Assembly (NCBI GenBank): GCA_963735035.1 | Contig: CAVTJJ010000004.1 | Location: 1,152,001 to 1,216,000 of the forward strand | From: an uncultured candidate division Zixibacteria bacterium | GTDB lineage: Bacteria > Zixibacteria > MSB-5A5 > GN15 > FEB-12 | Reading direction: 5' to 3' | DNA: 64,000 nucleotides | In this document: in pieces, positions 1 through 9,757 of the stretch | How positions within the stretch are numbered: the stretch's first letter is position 1 | How the letters are laid out: every line of letters begins with the position of its first letter | Notes under the pieces: model-generated | Seen by the model: only the letters and a program-made list of their open reading frames with translations | The model's database searches: none | What the model was told of the DNA's origin: nothing | Position numbers and translations under genes: made by a program

Positions 1-423
1 GATATTAATGACGCCTTCGCATTTCTTGGCGCCATACCACAGGTAGGTTGGTGCGTGCGCTCCTACGACACCGAATGTATGTATCTTTTCAAGTCGCTGT
101 ACGGCAATGAGCACGCTATTGTCCGTGATCTTAGCTACCATGGCCGTCCGGTCGGAATTAGGCTAGATCGTGGGTTGTTCAGGACGGTGCATTTCATGTT
201 CACGCCGTCTGCTCTCGAGGCATCCACCGCCTACCCTATGACGAGGAGCGTATTGAACTGGTTGTACGAAGGCCGCAATCAGGGCTTGGCTCTGGCTAAG
301 GGGGACGGCTCCAGTGATGATACCAAATTGGCCGCAGATCTCAGCAGCCGGTACTGGAAAGCCTATTGGGAGGCCAATGGCGACAAAGACAAGTTTTACG
401 AGTTGCTGAAGAACGCGTACTAA
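1..423 (+). CDS. 3' end of a hypothetical protein (runs in from the window edge)
   Basis: Frame 1 is open from base 1 (DINDAFAFLGAIPQVGWCVRSYD...) to TAA at 421-423 and is followed by a terminator. Confidence 0.75.
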   Translation, partial: DINDAFAFLGAIPQVGWCVRSYDTECMYLFKSLYGNEHAIVRDLSYHGRPVGIRLDRGLFRTVHFMFTPSALEASTAYPMTRSVLNWLYEGRNQGLALAKGDGSSDDTKLAADLSSRYWKAYWEANGDKDKFYELLKNAY

Positions 424-447
424 CTTGTATCGAAATGGAATTACCCG

Positions 448-478
448 AAGGGGCCGAGAAATCGGCCCCTTTTTCTTT
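448..478 (+). terminator. Rho-independent terminator
   Basis: AAGGGGCCGA-GAAA-TCGGCCCCTT perfect stem with GNRA loop, then T-tract; lies between convergent genes. Confidence 0.85.
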
Positions 479-505
479 ATACGATGACAATGGAATTGAA
501 CGCTG

Positions 506-2696
506 TCAATGTACCTGCGTGGCCTGACGCACCATCGGATCATCGGGGAACCGGCGACGTGCTTCAGCAAGCACCGAGTCGGCTTCAGCTATTCGACCCT
601 CTGACATATAACCTGCGCGCAGATTGATATATGCTCCGACCAGCACGCTGTCGGCAGATATCGCTCTTTGGGAATAAGTGACCGCCTCGGGCAGTCTCTC
701 CAACCTCGCATAGCAATAGCCCAGAAGGTAGTAGCTGGTGCCGCGAAGGCGTTCCATATCGACACGCCGGTGAGCGAAAGCGGGGCCGAAAGCGTCGTCG
801 TCAGTCTCGATGTCCGGCGCGCGTGCGGTAAGCGTACGCTGCAGAAGGGGTAGGGCTGCTTCCGGCTTGCCCTGGTTAATCAGCAGAGAGCCGCCCTCGT
901 TGAGCACCGTGAGATCGTCGTCAGTAGCGATTGCTGCTTCTTCGACCGCGGTTATCAGCCGGCTGTCATCTACCGAAGGATCACGACCAAGAGCCCGCAG
1001 CCTTACGAGATTGGAGAGAACGTCGTAAGGGGCGATCTGCAGGCTTGTCTCGGCCAGCTCGACGGCTCGTTCGAAATCTTGCCGCACCAGGGCAATCGAC
1101 GCCAAATTCTGGTAAGCCTTGTAGCGTTGCGGGTGGAGCTGGATTTCTTTCTCGAAGCACAATTGCGCCGAATCTACCAGGCCGAGGCGCAGGTAGGCGG
1201 AGCCTCGGTTCAGGTTGACTTCGGGAAACTGTGGCTGGGCTTCGGCCGCTCGCGCGAAGACGAGCTCGGCCTCACGCCATTGACCCCTGGCGTACAAGAG
1301 CAGCCCCTGTGATGTCAGCCCCTGCACCGACAGACTCTGCGGGTAGGCAACCGGGGGTTTGAAACAGAGCACTCCTACGGCCACAACCAGAATTACCGCA
1401 CCGAGCAACATCCGGGGTTTCTTTCGGGACTCATGGACGAGCCACAAGACGCCTCCGGCGGCCATCACACAGAACCAGGGCATCAATGGCAGGCGGAAGC
1501 GACTATTCACGAAGAACAGGGCTATCCCGAGCATGAAGACGGCCACTACGATTGCTATGAACCGGGCTCCCGGTTCACGCTTCCAGAGCGCCACAAAGCC
1601 CAACAGCGCCAGGGGGAATATCAGTCCGAACACGAACGGATTATATCCAAGAACTGCGAACGAGGCAAAATGCGTATCCAGTGATCGTTCGTTTGGCACC
1701 TCGCGGTCTGCTATCAGATAGATCAGTTTCCTGGCGTAGAGACGGGCAAAGTCGCCGGGGTGGGCCCGGATCCAGTCGACGGCACGTTCCTGCCAGTATT
1801 GGGATACTTCTCCCGGCTTCAAGTTCCGCCCGAAAGCGGTCTCGGCGATGTGAGTGATCTGTCGAATCTGCCAATTGTGTCCGAGCGGTTCCGGCATGAC
1901 CGCAGAGAGACCGTCGGCAGGTCTCATTGTTTCCGATGTAGAGATTTATCCCTCCCTGTGAGGCTATCATAACCGGATCACCTGCGACGATCAGATTGCG
2001 GATGAAGATCGGCCCCACACACACTGCCATACCGGTTGCGAAGATGGCCACGCCGGTCAGCCTCGATCTCAGCCGTAGCGTTGGCGCATACTTGCGACGA
2101 GTCAATACAATCCAGGCCATCGCCACGGCAGCCACCACTAATGCCGTTGGGCGACAGATCGATGCCAGCCCGAACGCCAGACCGGCCCAGAACAAGTCGA
2201 CTTGCTTCTTACCGTCCATCCAGATCAGAAAGCGCCATATAGCCAGTTGAAGCAGCAGCGTGAACAGGGGATCGAGCAGCAGTTCCAACTCGAAGTAAAT
2301 GGCTATGGGCAAAAGCGCGTGTAGGGTCGACGCAATCAACGCTCCGGTCCGTCCCAGGAGTCTCTTGCTGATTACGTACGTCATCGTCACGGACGCCAGA
2401 CCGACACACAGTCCAAAGAGTCTTCCCACCCAGAGTGATGAGCCCAGAACTGCATAGAGCAGGCCCAGGCAGTAGACGTACAGAGGCGCTCGGAAGTAAG
2501 TTGTGTCACCCAGGACATTGCCATCGGCCAGCGATTGTGCCCAATGATGGTGATACCAGTTGTCGACGGTTAGCTGTTCCCAGGCGGGGGAGTCGTTGTA
2601 CTGGGATAGATAGATCAGGCGTAGGATCAGCGCCGGCAGCAACACTGCCAGAAACCAAAGATCCGATTTTGACATTCTCTCGCGACTGTCGGCCAT
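506..2696 (-). pseudogene. GT-C fold (PMT/ArnT-like, family 39) glycosyltransferase with C-terminal TPRs, split by one extra base near 1920 (pseudogene or assembly error)
   Basis: Upstream ORF has VDNWYHH, FRAPLYVY, multi-TM, CRPT and GGINLYIGNN. It continues in the +1 frame as ADGLSAVMPEP, FFVNSRFRLP and TPR repeats. Deleting one C in GAGACCTGCC joins the two parts. Confidence 0.8.
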
Positions 2697-2976
2697 CGTC
2701 CGGAATATAGATTCGGGACAGTCGGACCCATCGCAAAAACTTTGCACTACGGCAAAATGGCGACGTAGGCCTGCTGTCCACTTGCACATGGGCGCAATCT
2801 GACATCGCCTTGCCAATGCCAGTCATGCAGTGATCGACTATCGTAACAACAAGAATAATAACGACTTGTGCGGACGGGTTGAATTGCCGGTGCACTCCAT
2901 TGCGCAGGCGGTCATATCCGGCGGGGCGGCACCTTCTTTGCAGGGAGGGGGTACGGAGAACGCAAAAGGAGTCCGT

Positions 2977-5883
2977 ATGAAATTTCTAGACAGCCCGCAG
3001 ATTTCAATCTCGACCATCATTATAGCTTTCGGGCTGAGTCTGTCCGCGCCGCCGGGGAGCGCTAGCGCGATCTCGCGGCCGGACTGGCTGGATAAGCCGG
3101 AGTTTGTCGGTAATGGCTCCGTGCAGGTCATGGTGTTTCTGGACAACGAGACCATCTCCAATCAAGTTCGTGCGGCGGCCTCACCCAATATGACTCGTAG
3201 TTCGCGCCTCCAGTCAGTCAGCGCCCGTCTCAAAGCTTATCGCGCGACCGGCGACAGCGCAGTGGAGAATTTCCTCAACGCCCATTCTCAGAGCAAGATA
3301 GAGCGGTTCTGGATCGTTCCGTCGTTCAAGGCGACTCTCAACAAAACCGACATAGAAACCCTTGCCGCCATGCCTGGCGTAAGCAGCGTGGTCCCGAATA
3401 TATCGATTGATGCCATCGAGCCGGTTGACACGAAAACGGCCGCACCGACAGCATCGTCCAGCTCGGCTCAAGTCCAGTTGATGAATATCCCTTACCTCTG
3501 GGCCCGCGGTATTACCGGAGCCGGTCGGTTGGTGTGTTCTTTTGATACCGGCGTGGAAGAGAGTCATCCGGCGCTGTCCGGCAACTGGCGTGGGAATCAT
3601 AGTTCCTTGTCGTCGGCCTGGTTCTCGACCAGTTCGCCGACTTCGCTTCCGGCCGACAAATCCGGTCACGGCAGCCACACCATGGGCACCATGGTAGGTA
3701 TAGAAGGTACCGATACGATAGGTGTAGCTCCCGGGGCTGAATGGATCACGGCCGGAGTGGTAGACCAGGGCAAATCGCTTACGTCAACTTTCGCCGATAT
3801 ACTTGCGGCTTTTCAATGGGCGCTCGATCCGGACGGCAATCCCGCTACTACCGATGATGTCCCCGATGTCATCCTCAATAGCTGGGGCGTGCCGGCGTCG
3901 CTGTTCGGTCCGTGCGACGCGACCTTCTTTGCCGCCATAGACAACGTTGAAGCCGCCGGCATCGTCTGCATCTTCTCCGCGGGCAACGAAGGTCCGGGCC
4001 CGTCCACGCTTCGCAATCCCGCTTCCCGTGCGACCACGCCGTTGAACGCTTTCTCAGTAGGCGCTGTCGACAACTCCAAGGTGATTGCCGGTTTTTCGTC
4101 GCGCGGTCCCGGTGGCTGTGGTCTCACAGAGATCAAACCGGAAGTCGTAGCTCCCGGTGTCAATGTGCGCTCGGTCAACAAAGACGGTGGCTACAAGACG
4201 ATGTCCGGAACGTCCATGGCCGCGCCGTTTATAGCCGGTCTGGTAGCACTGTGTCGGCAGTACAACCCCGACGCGACCGTCGACGAGATCAAATGGGCGA
4301 TAATCCACTCATGTCAGGACCTCGGCCCGGTCGGCGAAGACAACGCCTACGGCTACGGTTTGCCCGATGCTTCGGTCATTCTGGATTACCTCTCTACTCC
4401 CGATAATTCGCACTTCCAACTGGCCGGTTATTCTATCGCCGATGACGGCATAGCGCTCCCCGGCGAAACCTTCACGCTTCGTCTGACCCTGACCCGCACG
4501 AGCGGCCTGACCGAAAGTGTCAGTGGAATGCTCTCGGCCGCGAACCCGTCTCTGGTCTCCATACAGAATGATTCGGTCTGCTTCTTCTTCGGCCTGAACG
4601 GGACTACTTCGGTCGGGCTCGATGCTTTCAGCATTCATTACGATCCGACCCTCGTTCATGGTGACAGCGCCGCGATGACACTTCTTATTACCACGACCAA
4701 TGGTCAGGTGCTCGATACCCTGACTTTCGAACTGCCGATAGGATACAGCCCCAACGGAACGATAGGGGACGTTTCTGGCGGGTTGGCGAAACTGACGGTT
4801 TCTGACTTCGGACAATACGGCCTCGCTGCCGGTTCGATTTACAATCTCGGCGGCCTGGGCTTCCGCAGTGGCAACAGTTCCAACCTCCTCTATGAAGCTG
4901 GAATCGTCGTCGGACGCAGCTCGTTGCAGTTATCTACTTCGGTGCGCGCTCAGGACGGGAGCTTCACTCCTTCTGATTTCGCGCCGGTCTCGACGCTGTC
5001 CGATCCCTGGCAGGCCGATGACGGCGCCCAGTGTCGCACGGCCCGATTCAGTGATTTGTTTGCCGATGTGTCCATCCCCGTGGCCGTCACTCAGCAAGTG
5101 GCCGACTACTCGATGGTCGGTGACGATGGTATCGTCATCATACGTTATCACCTGGTGAACACTTCGCTGTCCAGTCTCAACGATCTGTACTTCGGCTTCC
5201 TGTCCGATTTCGATCTTCCGGGTGGATTCGAGACCGCTACTTACGATACGAGTCTGAATCTCTTGATGCAGACCGGTGGCAACGCCCCGTTGGTCGGTGT
5301 AGTGGGTCTGTCGCGATTGCCGGGGCATCAGACGCTGGCCAATGGCACCGCCAAGACCGGGTATACCAAGAGCCAGCTCTATGGCATGATTTCGTCCGGG
5401 GCCGTCTCCGATATGACGGGTTCGGGCGACCTGATGTCGCTTTTCACGGGTGGCCCTTATCGTCTGGTGCCGGGTGATTCGGTCGAAGTAGCTCTGGCGC
5501 TGGTGGTGGGCAATACGCCCGCGGAAATCCGCGATCGCGCCGCCAAAGCCGCAACTTTATATCAGCAGCCGACTGATGTCGAGAATCCTTCCGGTCTGCT
5601 TCCGGTCGCTTATGAATTGTATCAGAACTATCCCAATCCGTTCAACCCGACCACCACGATCGCGTTCGACCTGCCGGCTTCGGGTGACGTCACGCTGGAG
5701 GTCTTCAACCTCCTTGGTCAGCGTGTCAGAGGACTATCGGCCGGTCGAATGAATGCGGGCTCGTACTCGGTGGAATGGAATGGTTGTAACGACGACAGCC
5801 AGGGGGTAGCCTCGGGTGTTTACTTCTACCGATTGACGGTCGACGGGCTCAGCCGCACGAGGAAAATGGTCCTTTTGCAGTAG
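2977..5883 (+). CDS. Secreted S8 subtilisin-like serine peptidase (bacillopeptidase F-like) with C-terminal T9SS/FlgD-like sorting domain
   Basis: Catalytic triad motifs FDTG, GHGSHT, GTSMAAP; FSAGNEG; C-terminal LYQNYPNPFNP...SGVYFYRL...RKMVLLQ; AGGAG upstream of ATG 2977. Confidence 0.93.
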   Translation: MKFLDSPQISISTIIIAFGLSLSAPPGSASAISRPDWLDKPEFVGNGSVQVMVFLDNETISNQVRAAASPNMTRSSRLQSVSARLKAYRATGDSAVENFLNAHSQSKIERFWIVPSFKATLNKTDIETLAAMPGVSSVVPNISIDAIEPVDTKTAAPTASSSSAQVQLMNIPYLWARGITGAGRLVCSFDTGVEESHPALSGNWRGNHSSLSSAWFSTSSPTSLPADKSGHGSHTMGTMVGIEGTDTIGVAPGAEWITAGVVDQGKSLTSTFADILAAFQWALDPDGNPATTDDVPDVILNSWGVPASLFGPCDATFFAAIDNVEAAGIVCIFSAGNEGPGPSTLRNPASRATTPLNAFSVGAVDNSKVIAGFSSRGPGGCGLTEIKPEVVAPGVNVRSVNKDGGYKTMSGTSMAAPFIAGLVALCRQYNPDATVDEIKWAIIHSCQDLGPVGEDNAYGYGLPDASVILDYLSTPDNSHFQLAGYSIADDGIALPGETFTLRLTLTRTSGLTESVSGMLSAANPSLVSIQNDSVCFFFGLNGTTSVGLDAFSIHYDPTLVHGDSAAMTLLITTTNGQVLDTLTFELPIGYSPNGTIGDVSGGLAKLTVSDFGQYGLAAGSIYNLGGLGFRSGNSSNLLYEAGIVVGRSSLQLSTSVRAQDGSFTPSDFAPVSTLSDPWQADDGAQCRTARFSDLFADVSIPVAVTQQVADYSMVGDDGIVIIRYHLVNTSLSSLNDLYFGFLSDFDLPGGFETATYDTSLNLLMQTGGNAPLVGVVGLSRLPGHQTLANGTAKTGYTKSQLYGMISSGAVSDMTGSGDLMSLFTGGPYRLVPGDSVEVALALVVGNTPAEIRDRAAKAATLYQQPTDVENPSGLLPVAYELYQNYPNPFNPTTTIAFDLPASGDVTLEVFNLLGQRVRGLSAGRMNAGSYSVEWNGCNDDSQGVASGVYFYRLTVDGLSRTRKMVLLQ

Positions 5884-5985
5884 GGCTTCCGGGCTTATAT
5901 TAGTTGGTGAAATATTTTGTCACTTACGTCGTCTGCAGACGTTAATAGGAGTAGTCGGATAACCTCCTCAGGTAAGGAACAACTG

Positions 5986-8794
5986 ATGTCCATCAGACTT
6001 CGCACCATCTTGCTATTGCTTGGAATCGTAATCGTATCCGCCGCAACCTCTTGGTCGGTACCCCCGTCACCTGAAGCCAAAGCCCAATTTATCCAGGAAG
6101 GGATCTGGGACCAGGTCGTGGCCAATCTGAAGGCTTTCGAGGCGTCACAACCGCCCGATATGCTGGAGACAAACCGCCAGATGAATCTCGGCAGGTATCG
6201 CGCCAAGATGGCGACTAGCGCCGATGCTATCGATACCGTGCGGCTCTGTGTCATCCTGGTCGAATTCCCTGATTTTAGTCATACCGATAGCACGTATGCT
6301 CCGGCTGGGCCAACCTTCAAGTGCAGGCTTTCCGCTACCCCGCAGATGTTTGACTCGCTGCTGTTTTCTGAACAAGGGAAAGACGACGTCTTCAATCCCA
6401 CCGGCTCGATGACCGAATACTACATGGAAGTTTCTTACGGCCACAAGTTCATCCAGGGGAATGTATTCGGCTGGTACAAGGCTCCCAACAATTATTCGTA
6501 TTATGTGGGGGCGGACAATGGTATGAACAAAGGTCGCCAGCTTGCCCGCGAAGCAGTGCTGGCCGCTGACATCGCCGGCGTTGATTTCAGTCCGTATGCC
6601 AATGGCGGTACGAACGTGCCGAGCGTTATTATCATTCATGCCGGGCCGGGTGCGGAAGAGGACGCCTACGGTATCTGGTCGCACAGCAGCGCCATGAGTG
6701 TTTCAGTGAATGCAGACGGTGTATCTCTGAGCCAATACACTATGCAGCCGGAAGAAACGAGAAATCAGGCCAGAGTGTCCTCTATCGGCGTTTTCTGTCA
6801 CGAGTATGGCCACGCTATCGGATTCCCGGATTTGTACGATGTTAATTACAACCCTGGTTCGGAAGGACTGGGAGCTTGGAGTCTGATGGCCAGCGGAAGC
6901 TGGAACGGGGGCGGTCAGCGGCCGTCGCATCCCGACGTCTACTGCAAGTGGCTGGTTGGTTTCAACAGTGTCCAGGCGCTGCCTGCTAACATACTAAATG
7001 CGGAGATTCCACAGGCGGAAACGTCGCCCGTCGCTTATCTCCTTCAGGACAATCCGGGCGGAGCAAAACCCGGAACAGTGGTGGGTAGAGAACCGTCAGA
7101 AGACCGGCTTTGATGATGCCCTCCCGGGCAGTGGGTTGATTATCTATCATTGGGACGCGGGAGGCCATCAGACCGACACCACTCGCTATTTTTTCGCAGT
7201 GGAAGAAGCAGACAACAACAACAGCCTAAGACGCGGGGGTATCGCCGGACAGCCCGGGGACCCTTGGCCGGGTTCTTCGAACAACCGCAACTTCTTCGAT
7301 TATTCGTCGCCCAACTCTCGTACCTACGACGGCGCACTTACACAGATCAGTGTACTGAATATTTCCGACCCTGATTCAGTTATGCACGCCGATCTGGGCA
7401 TCTACTACGCAATCCCCTGGGTGCTGTTGTCGGGAGATTCACTGACACTCTCTGACGTGTCAGGTGGTAACGGTGATGGAAAATTCGAGCAAGGCGAGAC
7501 GATTGACGTCAAACTCGACGTTCGAAACGTCATGAAGATGACGTATTACCCCATGTTGCATCTCGACGTAGACAATCCCGGTGTCGAGATTCTTCAAAAT
7601 GATCAGAACATAGGGACTGTGCTCGGTCTGGATCTCAGCTACAATACTATTCCGATCAAAGTTCATATCCCGGATGATTTCGCGTCATCCAACGTAACTT
7701 TCACTCTCACTGTAAGATCCGATAGCTCCACGCGGGTTCACGACGGCTGCTACAAGACCAGCTTCAATTTTGATGTGACGCTCGGTAAGCTGCAGATACT
7801 GCTGGTTGACGACGACAACGGGTACGGTGACGAGCAATACTATGAAGATGCTTTGGATCGGCTCAGGATACCGCATGTTCGCTGGGACAAGTCGGCGCAG
7901 GGTCCGCCTGAATATGCCAATCTTTCTCTGTATCCGAACGTGCTCTGGATGACCGGCTCGTATTACCCTGGAACCAATCCCCCTACGCCCGGCGGAACCC
8001 TGACCACGGAAGACATAACTTTTCTCAAGCAGGTTCTGGACAACGGCGGTAATCTTCTGTTGGGCAGTCCGACAGCGGCCATTCAGCTTCAGACGCTTGA
8101 TCCTGATTTCCTCGCGAGTTACTTACACGCCAATGTTACCGGGAGTGGCACTCGGATTTACTTCAAAGGTGTTGCGGACAATGTAGTAGGGGGAGGTCTT
8201 TTCTACACACCGCGCAATGAGGTCATTTGGGACGGTGTCTCACCGTACATAGCTCCTATCAACGGCGGCGCCACAGCTTTCTATCAGACCAAGGCCGACG
8301 GCGTCGGTAATCCCATTACGCAATCGTGTGGTGTGATCTATGACGGCACGTATCGAACTGTCCTGCTTTCGTTCGGCATCGAGTATCTTGCGGCAAACCG
8401 CACCGCCGAAGGCTTTGCGCCGCCGGATTCATTGATTGCGCGTTCGCTTCGCTTCTTCGCTCGCGGGGCGGCGACCGGGGTGGACGATGAACCCACCGCT
8501 TTGTTGCCGACCGAGTTTGCGCTGGATCAGAACTATCCCAATCCGTTCAACCCAAGCACGACCATCAGGTATCATATCGATGCCGGCACTCCCACCCGCA
8601 CTACGTTGGCGGTGTTCAACGTGCTGGGTCAAAAAGTGGCCACGCTGATTGATCGGACCGAGACTGCCGGCGACTATACTGTCACCTGGCAGGGCGCCGA
8701 TGATAACGGCGGCAAGGTGGCGTCGGGTATCTACTTCTACCGTCTGAGCCACGGGACAGAGGTGGAATCGCGCAAGATGGTGCTCTTGAAATAA
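5986..8794 (+). pseudogene. M6 (immune inhibitor A-like) metallopeptidase with C-terminal sorting domain, split by one extra base at about 7065-7071
   Basis: Signal peptide; HEYGHAIGFPDLYD zinc motif; WSLMASGSW. Continues in the +1 frame as EQWWVENRQKTGFD...GLIIYH and NYPNPFNP...RKMVLLK. Extra base lies in GCAAAACCCGG. Confidence 0.85.
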
Positions 8795-8912
8795 CCCTCC
8801 CTTCTTTTGTATTTCTCCACGGCCGGCCGACCCTCCTCGACCGGCCGTATATGTTTGTGCGGCAGCGAGTTCGCTGGCATCGTAAAATTCGACAAGAATT
8901 GTCTTAATTTGA

Positions 8913-8940
8913 TTGACAGGAGCGCCGATATCTGTATATT
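8913..8940 (+). promoter_or_regulatory. sigma70-type promoter of fur-feo operon
   Basis: TTGACA-16 nt-TATATT. Confidence 0.6.
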
Positions 8941-8948
8941 GGGCGTGT

Positions 8949-8969
8949 TGAAAATGAGTTTCGTTTTCA
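8949..8969. promoter_or_regulatory. Fur box
   Basis: TGAAAATGA-GTT-TCGTTTTCA inverted repeat; 13/19 match to GATAATGATAATCATTATC; just downstream of the -10 of fur-feoAB. Confidence 0.75.
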
Positions 8970-8983
8970 TTTAGACTTGCCAG

Positions 8984-9505
8984 ATGAAAACGAGTGAACG
9001 TCAAATCAGACGAGGCAGTACCATGCGCGAATTTCTCCGGACCAAAGGCTTTAAGATGACTCCCCAGCGGGAATTGATCTTCCGGTCGTTCTTCGAGATG
9101 AATCGCCACGTCTCGGTGGACGAGATTTACGACCGGGTCCGCCAGCAGGATGCGACGGTTGGTTATGCCACGGTCTGGCGCAACATGAAAGTCATTTGCG
9201 AAGTCGGGCTGGCGCAGGAAGTGAATGTCGGTGATGGAGTCACGCGCTATGACCGCGTAACCGGGGCGCCGCATGGGCATCTCTACTGTTTACACTGTCA
9301 TAGCCTGACTGAGTTCGACGCCGGCAAAGTGATGGAATTCTTATCGACGGTAGCAAATGAGAACGGCTTCTCAGCGGACGGATTCAAGGTCGAAATACAG
9401 GGATACTGTCCGACGTGCCGCGAAGCAATGACCAATGAAGATCAGTCGCTGGCAAGCAATGGTGTCAGGCAACCGACTTCGCCTCGGAAAGGGCGGCGAT
9501 CATGA
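8984..9505 (+). CDS. fur: Fur family transcriptional regulator
   Basis: MTPQRELI, ATVWRN, HGHLYCLHC and GYCPTC motifs; precedes feoAB; alternative start at 9023. Confidence 0.92.
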   Translation: MKTSERQIRRGSTMREFLRTKGFKMTPQRELIFRSFFEMNRHVSVDEIYDRVRQQDATVGYATVWRNMKVICEVGLAQEVNVGDGVTRYDRVTGAPHGHLYCLHCHSLTEFDAGKVMEFLSTVANENGFSADGFKVEIQGYCPTCREAMTNEDQSLASNGVRQPTSPRKGRRS

Positions 9506-9735
9506 CCTATCTCGACAAACTTCTCCCGGGGCAGAACGCCCGAGTAATCGGATACTCCACCGATGGACCGATTTGCCGTCGACTGGCGGAACTAGGTCTG
9601 ACCCCTGGACGTCAGATAAGATATCTTCGTAATGCGCCTTTGAGGGATCCGCTTCAGATTCAGATCGGCAGTGGCAGTCTCACGTTGCGTCACGCGCAGG
9701 CGGCGCTGGTGATGGTCGAAATAGAGGAGACGTAG
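9502..9735 (+). CDS. feoA: Ferrous iron transport protein A
   Basis: RRLAELGLTPG, APLRDP, LTLR motifs; 77 aa; ATGA overlap with fur. Confidence 0.93.
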   Translation: MTYLDKLLPGQNARVIGYSTDGPICRRLAELGLTPGRQIRYLRNAPLRDPLQIQIGSGSLTLRHAQAALVMVEIEET

Positions 9736-9757
9736 CCCGAGGCTGCGTTCCAACCCG

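Noticed and set aside
2888..2905. sigma54 promoter upstream of the S8 peptidase (GGTGCACTCCATTGC)
   Set aside because: GG-to-GC spacing is 11 rather than the required 10
7062..7072. Programmed -1 frameshift at A_AAA_C in the M6 gene
   Set aside because: The downstream ORF requires a +1 shift, and the break falls mid-domain
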